Source: an uncultured beta proteobacterium (GTDB lineage Bacteria > Pseudomonadota > Gammaproteobacteria > Burkholderiales > Gallionellaceae). Taken from it: DNA of 64,000 bases. This document shows, in pieces, positions 35,992 through 51,173 of the stretch. A program made the position numbers and the translations under genes. Position 1 is the stretch's first letter; the number at the start of each line of letters is the position of its first letter. The stretch is from positions 117,633-181,632 of the forward strand of contig CAVRQB010000005.1 of NCBI GenBank assembly GCA_963723415.1, read 5' to 3'. The notes under the pieces are model-generated. The model did no database searches, had not been told where the DNA came from, and saw only the letters and a program-made list of their open reading frames with translations.

Positions 35992-37824
35992 GCGCAGGGC
36001 CAAACATTCTATTCTGACCAGGCCTTTACATATTTAAGCAGCACCGGTCGAAACGATTATGGCTATTTTGACAATTTCTATGCGTCGGACTATCCATTCC
36101 GGCCTTACTACTCGGGTTGGGAACACGGCGGCAACCCGACCTGGACGATTCCCAATGCCGAGGCCGCATTGAGAAACTCGACTTCAACCCTTAAGCCGCT
36201 TGAAACCCTTGACCGGGATTTTACGGTGATATCCGACCAAGCCGACAAGCATGATGCCTTGCTCAAGTCGGTCGAAGGACGCTTTGCCGGGAACTCCGCG
36301 CTGTATCAACTTTTTGCCAAGGACAGCATAAAAAAGGGAGACGCTGAATCGGCAGCCAATTACTACCGTGAAAGCATCAAGTGGCAACCGAACGCATGGC
36401 AGGCATATATGGATCTTGGCACGCTGTTGATCGAGCAAGGCGAATTGGATAAGGCGGACAAGGTCTTCATGGATTACCCGGGGTTCAAGAAAAATTCCGA
36501 AGATAACCCCGTAGGGATTTCCGACTATGCATATCAGGCAGGCTCCAAGTTTTACTGGATGGGCGAGTTTTCCCTGGCAACGCCATTTTACGAGATAGCA
36601 TCCAGGCGAGAAACCGGTTCGGCTGCCGAAATGACCAGCCTGCTTCGCCTTGCTTTGTTAAATGGCGATTACAAAAAGGCGCTATTGGGTTCTTTGGAGC
36701 GCGCCCAGCGTTACAACGATACTCATGCATATCGGGATTATCTCGGGATGCTTTTCGCAATGGGTGCATCAAAGGAGGCATGGGACGCTTTTGATATCTT
36801 GGCCAATCAGACCAATGCTCCGTATATTTGGGAGTCGGTGCTAGTCGGTCATCACATGGAAGGCCTGTCCGAGAAAGAAATTGCGGCATGGGTCAAACAG
36901 GAAGTTGCTCACAACACAGGCAGCAATTCCAACCTTGCGGCCAAATATCTTTTGCGGGCCGGAATCACGGATCGCACTCCTTCCCCGGAGTTTGAAACCC
37001 AATTGATCGATGTCGCACAACCTGTGTGGAAAATCGATGATGCGAATGGGTCCGTCGTTCAACCTTCTGATGATGGAAAAGTTCAGACTATCTTGGGGCC
37101 ACAAACTCTAAAGAACTCCGTTCTCCCCAACGGGGTTTATGCCAGAGCCAAAAAGTCCCCGGTCAAATCCAGCCTCGTCTATTTTGCAGAATCCTATCGG
37201 GCGATCCGCTCGGGAGACTTTGCGTCGGCTCGAGGCTCTTTGCAAGAAGCATCAACCTATTATGACTTGTCCCTTAATGAATCCCGTTACCTGCTACCTT
37301 ATTACGCATTTGCCGCAGCTAAAGCTGGGGATGCGACCGTGGTAGAGAAACACATCGAGGATTTCAGCTTCGAAAAGAAAGGGTTTGATTACTTCCTTGC
37401 GAAAGCTGTGATCTCCGGGATCGGCGGGAAAACAGATGAGTCATTGCGATTTCTAAAGAATACACTTTATCGCCGCCCATTCACCGAAAGCAGACCCATA
37501 CAAACTGAATATGAATATGGGGAAATTTGCGAGTGGCTATATAAAGCTACCGGAAAATCGGAATATAAAAAATTGGCTCTTGACTGGGCCAAGACGAACC
37601 AAAAATTCCTTCCCTGGTTTTCCTGGGCTTACGCCATGGAGGCCGAACTCTCGGATGATCCGGCAGACCGCAAGCGTGCAATCGCCATGGCGGTATATCT
37701 TGATCCAAGATCAGAAATACTGGCAGGGATCCCGGAAAAGGAAAGGGATGCCGCCGTCGCGGAGTTCAAGGATAAAAATCCTTTCCTGATTAAGAACAAC
37801 GCATCGAAGCAAGTTCCGTTATGA
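35992..37824 (+). CDS. Same-frame continuation of the preceding ORF after a single TAG (TPR-repeat protein); the track lists it from a TTG at 36169
   Basis: 36169 minus 33616 is 2553, which is 851 x 3. The 59 codons between the TAG and 36169 contain no stop and read as protein-like sequence (YGYFDNFYASDYPFRPYYSGWEHGGNPTW). Confidence 0.55.
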   Translation, partial: AQGQTFYSDQAFTYLSSTGRNDYGYFDNFYASDYPFRPYYSGWEHGGNPTWTIPNAEAALRNSTSTLKPLETLDRDFTVISDQADKHDALLKSVEGRFAGNSALYQLFAKDSIKKGDAESAANYYRESIKWQPNAWQAYMDLGTLLIEQGELDKADKVFMDYPGFKKNSEDNPVGISDYAYQAGSKFYWMGEFSLATPFYEIASRRETGSAAEMTSLLRLALLNGDYKKALLGSLERAQRYNDTHAYRDYLGMLFAMGASKEAWDAFDILANQTNAPYIWESVLVGHHMEGLSEKEIAAWVKQEVAHNTGSNSNLAAKYLLRAGITDRTPSPEFETQLIDVAQPVWKIDDANGSVVQPSDDGKVQTILGPQTLKNSVLPNGVYARAKKSPVKSSLVYFAESYRAIRSGDFASARGSLQEASTYYDLSLNESRYLLPYYAFAAAKAGDATVVEKHIEDFSFEKKGFDYFLAKAVISGIGGKTDESLRFLKNTLYRRPFTESRPIQTEYEYGEICEWLYKATGKSEYKKLALDWAKTNQKFLPWFSWAYAMEAELSDDPADRKRAIAMAVYLDPRSEILAGIPEKERDAAVAEFKDKNPFLIKNNASKQVPL

Positions 37825-37950
37825 GTGCATTGACGACGATTGAACGTCTGCTTCGGGGCATGTCCGATTTGCTCGAATATCCACCCGCAAAGGATTTGCA
37901 TTTTATAGGTGCGACGCCAACCTCTTTGGTCTTACCGCCGAACTGACGAT

Positions 37951-38175
37951 ATGAAGATACATCCCGGACACGCCCATTGGTTGTTCTCGCTGATCATGTC
38001 GATGATTGTGACCTTCATCGTGACATGCGCGCTGACCGCATACAATCACGGCTTCGATGGGTTTATCCTGAACTGGATGCACAGTTTCCTGATAGCGTGG
38101 GCTGTCGCATTCCCTTGCGTATTGATAGCCGCTCCGCAAGTGCGCAAACTGGTGCAGTGGCTGATTCACCATTGA
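37951..38175 (+). CDS. DUF2798 small membrane protein
   Basis: It reads MKIHPGHAHWLFSLIMSMIVTFIVTCALTAYNHGFDGFILNWMHSFLIAWAVAFP. Confidence 0.7.
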   Translation: MKIHPGHAHWLFSLIMSMIVTFIVTCALTAYNHGFDGFILNWMHSFLIAWAVAFPCVLIAAPQVRKLVQWLIHH

Positions 38176-38216
38176 TGCGGCCCGGGAATACGGTGTGTTC
38201 TTCGTTTGTCAGCCAG

Positions 38217-38243
38217 AAAAAAACCGCGGGGAAGGCCTGCGGT
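38217..38243 (-). terminator. Probable intrinsic terminator after hemE
   Basis: The minus-strand RNA reads ACCGC-AGGCCUUCCCC-GCGGU followed by U7. Confidence 0.45.
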
Positions 38244-38268
38244 CCTTAATTCGAACGACGCGACTGGC

Positions 38269-39333
38269 TCAGTGGTACTTGCGACTCAGTTCGTGAACCG
38301 CCGCAACCAATGCCGCGACGTGCTCCGGGTCGGTGTGCTGCGAGATGCCGTGACCCAGATTGAACACATGTCCGCCGCCGAAGCCGTAGCTGCGCAGGAT
38401 GTGGTCCGCTTCCCTGCGGATCGCATCGGGCGAGGCGAACAGCACGGCCGGATCCATGTTGCCCTGCAGCGCGACCTTGTTGCCGACGCGCTGGCGCGCG
38501 ATGCCGATGTCTATCGTCCAGTCCAGGCCGACCGCATCGCAACCGGTGTTGGCGATGCTCTCCAGCCACAGGCCGCCTCCCTTGGTGAACACGATGGACG
38601 GGATCTTCACGCCGTCCTTTTCCTTGATCAGGCCGTCGACGATGCGGTGCGTGTACGCCAGCGAGAATTCGTGGAACGCCGCGTGGGACAGCACACCGCC
38701 CCATGAATCGAAGATCATCACGGCTTGCGCGCCGGCTTCGATCTGCGCATTCAGGTAGTTGATCACCGCCTGGGTGGTCACTTCGAGGACGTGGTGCATC
38801 AGCTTGGGCTCGTTGTACATCAGGGTCTTCACCCTGGCGTAGTCGTCGCTGCCGCCGCCTTCCACCATGTAGCATGAAAGCGTGAACGGGCTGCCGGAGA
38901 ACCCGATCAGCGGGATGCGGCCATCGATCGCCTTGCGTATCTGCGACACCGCATCGGTGACGTAGCGCAGGTCCTTGCCGATGTCCGGAACGTGCAATGC
39001 CTTGATCGCTGCCTCGTTACCCAGCGGGCGCTCGAACTTCGGGCCTTCTCCGTCGGAAAAATACAATCCCAGTCCCATCGCATCCGGCACGGTAAGGATA
39101 TCGGAGAACAGGATCGCGGCATCCAGCGGGTAGCGGTCTATCGGCTGCAGCGTGACTTCGGTGGCGAAATCCGGGTTCTTGCACAGGCCGAGGAAGCTGC
39201 CGGCGCGCTTGCGTGTCGCGCGGTATTCCGGCAGGAAACGTCCGGCCTGGCGCATCATCCACATCGGCGTGTATTCGGTAGGCTGACGCAACAGCGCGCG
39301 CAGGAAGGTGTCGTTCTTTAATTTGAAATTCAT
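38269..39333 (-). CDS. hemE: Uroporphyrinogen decarboxylase
   Basis: It begins [37 protein letters not shown] (ATG at 39333). Confidence 0.9.
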   Translation of the reverse strand: MNFKLKNDTFLRALLRQPTEYTPMWMMRQAGRFLPEYRATRKRAGSFLGLCKNPDFATEVTLQPIDRYPLDAAILFSDILTVPDAMGLGLYFSDGEGPKFERPLGNEAAIKALHVPDIGKDLRYVTDAVSQIRKAIDGRIPLIGFSGSPFTLSCYMVEGGGSDDYARVKTLMYNEPKLMHHVLEVTTQAVINYLNAQIEAGAQAVMIFDSWGGVLSHAAFHEFSLAYTHRIVDGLIKEKDGVKIPSIVFTKGGGLWLESIANTGCDAVGLDWTIDIGIARQRVGNKVALQGNMDPAVLFASPDAIRREADHILRSYGFGGGHVFNLGHGISQHTDPEHVAALVAAVHELSRKYH

Positions 39334-39380
39334 GTTTCTCCCTTTTTTAATTGATCTTGAAGCAGCTCGCGACTCAAACA

Positions 39381-39420
39381 CTCCCCTGCCCCTTGCGGGG
39401 TGAGACAGGGTGGGGAATGG
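39381..39420. repeat. REP-like GC-rich element (diverged copy) between gltD and hemE
   Basis: The sequence is ctcccctgccccttgcggggtgagacagggtgggga. Confidence 0.6.
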
Positions 39421-39423
39421 AGA

Positions 39424-40979
39424 TCAGCGAGGTAAAACGGAACTGCCCATCAAAAACTCGTCGACGGCGCGCGCGCACTGGCGGCCTTCGCGTATCGCCC
39501 ACACCACGAGCGATTGACCCCGGCGCATATCGCCCGCGGCGAACACCTTGTCCCTGCTGGTGCGGTAGCTCTCGGTATCGGCCTTGGTATTGCCGCGCGC
39601 GTCCTTCTCCACACCGAAGGCATCCAGCACTTTCTGCTCCGGGCTGACGAAGCCCATCGCCAGCAACACCAGATCGGCCTTGATCTCGAATTCGCTGCCG
39701 GCGATCTCGTGCATCTTGCCGTCCTTCCATTCCACGCGCACCGCGTGCAGCTTCTCGACCTTGCCGTTGCTGCCGGTGAATTTCTTGGTGACGACGGACC
39801 AGTCGCGATTCGCGCCTTCCTCATGCGAGCTGGAGGTGCGCAGCTTGATCGGCCAGTTGGGCCACACCAGAGACTTGTTTTCCTTTTCCGGCGGCCGCGG
39901 CATCACCTCGAACTGCGTGACGGACAGCGCGCCGTGGCGGTTCGAGGTGCCCACGCAATCGGAGCCGGTGTCGCCGCCGCCGATCACCACCACATGCTTG
40001 CCGGCGGCAGAGATCGGATTCCTGCCGTCGCCCGCCACATCCCGCGACACGTTACTGGCGGAGCCAGCCGATTGCGGGAGCGGGTGTGAGGAGGCCATTC
40101 CCGCCCCGGAAGCTTCGCTGCGCCGTCTCATGGCGTCCACTTCCTTGTTCTGCGGGATCAGGAATTCCAGCGCGAAATGCACGCCCTTCAATTCGCGTCC
40201 CGGGATAGTCAAGTCGCGCGCCGCTTCTGCGCCGCCGGACAGGATCACCGCATCGAATCTTTTCAGCAGTTCATCCGGGCTGACGGTCTTCTTCGCATCG
40301 TTGGCGACGTTCTTTGCCAGGGCATCCTTGCCGATGAAAGTGCCGGTCTGGAACTCCACGCCCTCGGCACTCATCTGCGCCATGCGCCAGTCGATCAGGC
40401 GCTTGTCGAGCTTGAAGTCGGGAATGCCGTAGCGCAACAATCCGCCGATGCGGCTGTTCTTCTCGAACACCGTCACACTGTGGCCTGCGCGCGCCAGCTG
40501 TTGCGCGGCCGCGAGTCCCGCGGGGCCGGAGCCGACGATCGCGACCTTCCTGCCGGTCTTCTTCTCCGGCGGTTGCGGCACGACCCAGCCGTTCTCGCCG
40601 CCCTTGTCGATGATCGCGTGCTCGATCGACTTGATGCCCACCGCGTTGTTGTTGATGTTCAGCGTGCAGGCCGCCTCGCACGGCGCGGGGCAGATGCGCC
40701 CGGTGAACTCCGGGAAGTTGTTGGTGGAATGCAGCACGTCCAGCGCTTCGCGCCAGTTGCCGCGATACACCAGGTCGTTCCAGTCCGGGATGATGTTGTT
40801 GACCGGACACCCGGTGGTGCAGAACGGGATGCCGCAATCCATGCAGCGCGCGCCCTGGATCTTGGCCTGCTCGTCGTTCAGGTGCAGCACGAATTCATGA
40901 TAGTTCCTGCGCCTGTCCGCAACGGGCAGGCTGGCTTCGCTGATGCGCATGAACTCCATGAAACCGGTAGGCTTGCCCA

Positions 40980-40980
<1 letters not shown>
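39424..40980 (-). CDS. gltD: Glutamate synthase small subunit
   Basis: It has the Fe-S Cys clusters ([18 protein letters not shown]) and two dinucleotide folds ([24 protein letters not shown]). It is 518 aa and carries an extra segment (see findings). Confidence 0.9.
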
Positions 40981-45806
<4,826 letters not shown>

Positions 45807-45943
45807 CTACATCCACCCGTCAAAATCAATAGAGCCAAAAAATGGCGACATACGCCGCCACATCAGAATTCAAAAGCGAAAGGGCGGAAATTCTACCTTG
45901 TCTGGGGATGATGGGCAACCGCACCGAACGCGTGGCTTTGGAT

Positions 45944-47071
45944 TCAAACCAGTATTTCTTCGACCGCAAAGATGCGGCGATGTTCACGAATGGCGTAGCG
46001 GTCGGTCATGCCGGCGATGTAATCGGCCACCGCGCGGGCCCGGTCCTGCTCGGCGGGAAGCTGGAATTGCGGCGGGAGCAGGCGGCTGTCTGCCATGAAT
46101 ATGCCGAACAGGTCGCCGATGATGCGCTGCGCCTTGGCGCTCATGCGCAGCACCCGGTAATGGCGGTACAGATGGATACGCAGGAAATTCTTCAGCGCGC
46201 GCTGCTGCTCGTTCATTTCCGGGCTGTAGGCGATCAATGCCGGGGCGCTGCGCACATCGTCCAGCCTGGCCGGTGACTGCACGGCTATATCGGACTCGCT
46301 CTGCCGGATCAGGTCGGTCACCAGCGTGTTGATCATGCGCCGCACCGTCTCATGCACCACGCGCCGCTCCGGAAGACCGGGATGGGCTTGGCGCACCTCG
46401 TTCAATAGTGCCGCGACCAGCGGCACCTCTTCGAGTTGTTCCAGCGTGATCAGACCGGAACGCAGGCCGTCATCGACATCATGATTGTTGTAGGCGATCT
46501 CGTCGGCGAGGTTGGCGATCTGCGCCTCCAGCGAGGGACGGCGATTGTTCAGGAAGCGCTCGCCGATGTCGCCCAGCTTTGCTGCGTTGTCTGCAGAGCA
46601 ATGCTTGAGGATGCCCTCGCGAGTCTCGAAACACAGGTTCAGCCCGTCGAATGCGGCATAGCGTTCTTCCAGTTTGTCGACGACGCGCAGCGATTGCAGG
46701 TTGTGCTCGAATCCGCCGTAGGTTTTCATGCAGCCGTTCAGCGCATCCTGGCCGGCATGGCCGAACGGCGTGTGGCCGAGGTCGTGCGCCAGCGAGATCG
46801 CTTCGGCAAGGTCTTCGTTCAGGCGCAGGCGCCGCGCGATTGATCGCGTGATCTGCGCGACTTCGATGCTGTGGGTCAGGCGGGTGCGGAACAGGTCGCC
46901 TTCGTGGTTCACGAATACCTGGGTCTTGTATTCGAGGCGGCGGAACGCGCCAGAATGGATGATGCGGTCGCGGTCGCGCTGGAATTCGCTGCGGCCCTGC
47001 GGTGCATCCTCGGCGACTCTTCTGCCGCGCGAATTGCTTTCGGTGACGGCGTAAGGTGCAAGGTCAGCCAT
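45944..47071 (-). CDS. dgt: dGTP triphosphohydrolase-like HD-domain protein
   Basis: It has [13 protein letters not shown] and the HD motif [11 protein letters not shown]. The start is MADLAPYAV at 47071. Confidence 0.85.
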   Translation of the reverse strand: MADLAPYAVTESNSRGRRVAEDAPQGRSEFQRDRDRIIHSGAFRRLEYKTQVFVNHEGDLFRTRLTHSIEVAQITRSIARRLRLNEDLAEAISLAHDLGHTPFGHAGQDALNGCMKTYGGFEHNLQSLRVVDKLEERYAAFDGLNLCFETREGILKHCSADNAAKLGDIGERFLNNRRPSLEAQIANLADEIAYNNHDVDDGLRSGLITLEQLEEVPLVAALLNEVRQAHPGLPERRVVHETVRRMINTLVTDLIRQSESDIAVQSPARLDDVRSAPALIAYSPEMNEQQRALKNFLRIHLYRHYRVLRMSAKAQRIIGDLFGIFMADSRLLPPQFQLPAEQDRARAVADYIAGMTDRYAIREHRRIFAVEEILV

Positions 47072-48149
47072 GCGTGCACGCCTCCAGCGTTTGCTGCAGC
47101 AGCGCGGGCGGCACATCGCCATACACCACGGCCTGGCCGACTTGCTTGAGCAGCACGAAACGCATCTTGCCGCCCTCGACCTTCTTGTCCAGGCCCATCA
47201 GCTCGAGATATTTGTCCGAGCCCAGGTCGGGCGCGACCACCGGCAATCCTGCGCGCGAGAGCAGTTTGCGGATACGCGCCACATCCTGCGCGCTGATCCA
47301 GCCGAGGCGCTGCGACAAGTCTGCCGCCATCACGGTGCCAGCCGCGACGCCTTGGCCATGCAGCCAGTTGCCGTAGCCCATGCCAGATTCGATCGCATGA
47401 CCGAACGTGTGGCCCAGATTCAGCAGCGCGCGCTCGCCGCTCTCGCGCTCATCCGCCGCGACGACCTCGGCCTTGTTCTGGCAGCTGCGCGCGATCGCGT
47501 ATTGCAGCGCGGCGGTGTCGCGCGCCAGCAGCTTGTCGATGTTCTGTTCCAGCCATGCCAGAAAAGGCAGGTCGCGGATCAGTCCGTACTTGATGACTTC
47601 GGCAAGTCCTGCCGACAATTGTTTAGCCGGCAATGTGTTCAGCGTGTCGGTATCCGCCAGCACCAGTTGCGGCTGGTAGAACGCGCCTATCATGTTCTTG
47701 CCGAGCGGATGGTTGATCCCGGTTTTGCCGCCCACCGATGAATCCACCTGCGCGAGCAGCGTGGTCGGGATCTGGATGAACGGCACGCCGCGCAGATAGG
47801 TCGCGGCCGCATAGCCGGTGATGTCGCCGATCACGCCGCCGCCAAGCGCGATCAGCGGTGTGCTGCGCTCGCAGCGGTTCTTCAGCAGCGCATCGTAGAC
47901 CAGGTTCAGCGTTGCGGAGTCCTTGAATTCTTCACCGTCCGGCAGGATAACTGTCACGCTGCCGATACCGATGCCCTGCAGGGTATGCTGCAATTTCTCA
48001 AGATACAGCGGGGCGATCGTGGTGTTGGAAACGATCGCGACCCGCTTGCGCGGCACATGAGATTGCAGCAGCTCCGCGCGCCCGAGCAGGCAGCTGCCGA
48101 TATGTATCGGATAACTGCGCTCGCCCAAACCAACTGTGAGTGTCTGCAT
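47064..48149 (-). CDS. aroB: 3-dehydroquinate synthase
   Basis: It contains [45 protein letters not shown]. Confidence 0.9.
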   Translation of the reverse strand: MQTLTVGLGERSYPIHIGSCLLGRAELLQSHVPRKRVAIVSNTTIAPLYLEKLQHTLQGIGIGSVTVILPDGEEFKDSATLNLVYDALLKNRCERSTPLIALGGGVIGDITGYAAATYLRGVPFIQIPTTLLAQVDSSVGGKTGINHPLGKNMIGAFYQPQLVLADTDTLNTLPAKQLSAGLAEVIKYGLIRDLPFLAWLEQNIDKLLARDTAALQYAIARSCQNKAEVVAADERESGERALLNLGHTFGHAIESGMGYGNWLHGQGVAAGTVMAADLSQRLGWISAQDVARIRKLLSRAGLPVVAPDLGSDKYLELMGLDKKVEGGKMRFVLLKQVGQAVVYGDVPPALLQQTLEACTHG

Positions 48150-48159
48150 ATATTTCCGG

Positions 48160-48783
48160 TCAATGCTGAAGACTGCTTCTTCTGTATGCATCTATCTTTT
48201 CGATCAAATGCAGCATCAGCGCGTGCACGCTCTGCTTGCCGCTCTGAACCACGATGTCCGATATCTGCTGGTAAAGCGGGTCGCGCTGTTGGAACAATTC
48301 CGTCAGCCTGCCATGGGGATCCCTGGTCTGCAGCAGGGGACGGTTGCGGTCATGCCGGGTGCGTTGCCACAGATCATGCACGCTGGCCTTGAGGTAGATG
48401 ACGATCCCGCTGTGCTGCAACGCCGAGCGGTTCTCCTCGGTCAGCACCGCGCCGCCGCCAGTCGCCAGAACCAGGTTGTTGCGCGCGGTGAGGTCCTTGA
48501 TTGCCGCGGATTCGCGCAAGCGGAATCCGGCTTCGCCCTCGATATCGAAGATGTGCGGCACCGTCACACCGGTGCGCTTGATGATCTCCTCATCGCTGTC
48601 GACGAAGGTCTTGCCGAATTGCCTGGCCAACGCCTTGCCCATCGTGGTTTTGCCTGAGCCCATCATGCCCACCAGGATCAGGTTGCCGGACTGTAATTTT
48701 CGATAGGCGTCTGTGGGGCTGCTTTCCGGCCCGCCATGGTCGGGACGTTGATCGACGCTATCGCTCGCTTGATTGGTCTGCAT
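48160..48783 (-). CDS. aroK: Shikimate kinase (with an N-terminal extension)
   Basis: It has the P-loop [11 protein letters not shown] and the aroK-aroB order. Confidence 0.85.
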   Translation of the reverse strand: MQTNQASDSVDQRPDHGGPESSPTDAYRKLQSGNLILVGMMGSGKTTMGKALARQFGKTFVDSDEEIIKRTGVTVPHIFDIEGEAGFRLRESAAIKDLTARNNLVLATGGGAVLTEENRSALQHSGIVIYLKASVHDLWQRTRHDRNRPLLQTRDPHGRLTELFQQRDPLYQQISDIVVQSGKQSVHALMLHLIEKIDAYRRSSLQH

Positions 48784-48859
48784 GCCGCATATTGTAAACG
48801 ATAAAAGGCAAAAGCCCGGACCAGCCGGGCTTTACTCTGCATCGAGTCAGATCAAGTAT

Positions 48860-50923
48860 CTAAAATATGAATGGCGATGGCGGCAAATAGCAAACGGTAG
48901 GTGTAGCATCTGCCTCGGAAGCTTCCAAGCGCCAATCCAGCTGGCCTTTTGAAGGCGTGCCCTGTACCACCGCTGAGGCGCTTATCCTGTCAACGATCCA
49001 GAACGCGCTGGCCTTGGTATATGTCAGGGTGAAAGTGGCCAGACCGGTCGCATCGGTGGTCGCCGTCCCCGGCAAGTCGTTTGGATTGGTCGAGACCACG
49101 GTTCCGCCATATGAATTCGGCGGAGTCAGCTTGCCATCCTTGGTCCCTCCTGATACCGTTAAACCGCTGTAGTAATACCTTCTGTAACCGTCTTCCCCCG
49201 GGTCCAAAACCAGATTCTGATTGAGGTCCTCGTTATAGAAGGTTCCGGTTGTTGCAGTATCAGGATCTACCGTACATGGCGCGCCGGTACTCCAGGCTAT
49301 CGGCCAAGTGCTAATGTTGACAACAGTGCCGGCCGGGGCAGGGCTGCCGTTGGAATCGGCAACCAGCACCGAAAACGGGAATTGATAGATTGTACTGGTA
49401 CTGCCTGCATCGATGATCTTGGAAGCAAGGCCGAACGCCACCGAGCCTGCCGTGCCGCCGACAGTAATGGCGGCATCATAACTTGACGACGTGGTATTCA
49501 CTGCGGGAACGCCACTTGCAGCGTATAAAGGTTGGGTAGAGATCAGGGGCGAACTGCCTAACACGGTAGCACGAATCTGGACCCCAGCGCCGCCGGAAGA
49601 GAGCGAACCGGAAGTGAATGTCGTGATAGCAGTGCCCAAAGCCTGGCCGCCCGCCGTCGTAGAAGCAGAACCCACCACAACCGGCGAGACAATCTCGCCC
49701 GAGTTTGTGCCGGTATTTGGCACTATCGAGAAAGAGACCGGCGCACCGCCGACCGGAGCGCCGGTCGAGTCAAGCACCAAAGCGGTCAGATTGGAATTGC
49801 CCACAATACTTCCCACGCTTTTGGGTACCACTGTAGGCGAGGCCTGCAGTTGTATGCTGGCAGCTAACGACGCCGTGATCCCCACCGTCATAGAGTCGCT
49901 AGGCGACAGCGAGGGATCATCAAGCACCTCGACATTAGCAAGGCCGGCAACTGTTGAGGATAAGGTCGCGGTCGCAATGCCTCCACTGACCGGGGCTATC
50001 ACCCAGGTTTGACCGGGTACTCCGTTCCAATAACCTATCGTTGTGGAGAATGCCACGTTTGTGGACGTGGGCGCAGCGACCTGCACCGCCAGCGTGTCGC
50101 CGATATGCATCGCGGTAGTTTTTGGGCTGACCGGGACAACTCCTGTTCCCCCGTTCAGCGTCAGCAGACTTATGCCGAAATTGGAGGCAGCCGCCCCAAC
50201 AGTAATGCTGGAAGTAGTAGTTGCACCTGCTGCAGCTGCACTGACTGTCACTGTACCTACGGCCGCCCCTGCGATCGTGACTACCAGTGCGCCGCTCGCA
50301 TTTGTGGTACCTGTAGCCGGGGTGAGTGTCACCGATCCACCATCGGTGCTCGACTGGGTCAGCGTCACCGCGGTACCGGAAATCGGATTGCCACCCTTAT
50401 CCTTGGCGGTGATGGTCAAAGTTCCGGTCGGTGTCCCGCTGGAAGATAACGAAGAAGGGGACGCCAACAAGGCAAGCGTGGTACCGGTGATCTGTATTGG
50501 ATACGTGGCTGTGGCCGTGCCTGATGTCGCTGTGATGGTCGCGGTGCGGTTCGCCTGATTTGCGAATCCCAAACCCGAGGAAAAGGTTGCCGTTGCCTTG
50601 CCTGTGGTATCGGTAGTGAGTGTCGAAGAACTGAGCTGGCCCGTAGTGGTGCTCAGGACTATCGTCGCACCGGATACTGATGCATTGCTGGCATCGGTCG
50701 CATTCACGGTGATCGTTGAGAAGTTTGAGTTGTCGGTAAAGATCGTTGACGGTGTGCCCGACATCTGTATCGTCGCGACCGGAGCCGTTCCGGTTGCTGG
50801 TGGAGTAGTCGTGTTGCTGCCTGTGTTGACGCCACTGCAACCCGCAAGGACCAAAAGCACAGATGCCGCCAGGAATGGCATCGAGATTCTGGCAAACTTT
50901 TGACTTAAAAATAATCCCTGCAT
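48860..50923 (-). CDS. Lipoprotein with tandem bacterial Ig-like (Big_1/invasin-type) repeats and an unrecognised C-terminal domain
   Basis: It has a lipobox VLAGCSG and Thr/Ser/Gly-rich repeats of roughly 90-100 aa (..ATITATSGTATATYPIQITG.., ..LTITAKDKGGNPISGTAVTLTQ..). Confidence 0.6.
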   Translation of the reverse strand: MQGLFLSQKFARISMPFLAASVLLVLAGCSGVNTGSNTTTPPATGTAPVATIQMSGTPSTIFTDNSNFSTITVNATDASNASVSGATIVLSTTTGQLSSSTLTTDTTGKATATFSSGLGFANQANRTATITATSGTATATYPIQITGTTLALLASPSSLSSSGTPTGTLTITAKDKGGNPISGTAVTLTQSSTDGGSVTLTPATGTTNASGALVVTIAGAAVGTVTVSAAAAGATTTSSITVGAAASNFGISLLTLNGGTGVVPVSPKTTAMHIGDTLAVQVAAPTSTNVAFSTTIGYWNGVPGQTWVIAPVSGGIATATLSSTVAGLANVEVLDDPSLSPSDSMTVGITASLAASIQLQASPTVVPKSVGSIVGNSNLTALVLDSTGAPVGGAPVSFSIVPNTGTNSGEIVSPVVVGSASTTAGGQALGTAITTFTSGSLSSGGAGVQIRATVLGSSPLISTQPLYAASGVPAVNTTSSSYDAAITVGGTAGSVAFGLASKIIDAGSTSTIYQFPFSVLVADSNGSPAPAGTVVNISTWPIAWSTGAPCTVDPDTATTGTFYNEDLNQNLVLDPGEDGYRRYYYSGLTVSGGTKDGKLTPPNSYGGTVVSTNPNDLPGTATTDATGLATFTLTYTKASAFWIVDRISASAVVQGTPSKGQLDWRLEASEADATPTVCYLPPSPFIF

Positions 50924-51173
50924 ATTTCTTCTCCCGTCACGTTCTCTGCGCAAGACTCATTGCCGCAATTTCTATCTCTTCGCACATATATATCTGCTCA
51001 TGGGCGGACACATTGGCGCACCTGCTGTACCTTAACAAGACATTCCCGATAAGCGGGCAAACCAGCGGTACAGATGGCTGCAAACAAAATTCACCCACCT
51101 TTCCGATCCCTTGCCATCACCGAAATCACATCGTGCGATTCGGAACCCGCCTTGATATTTGTCAATGCCTGGA

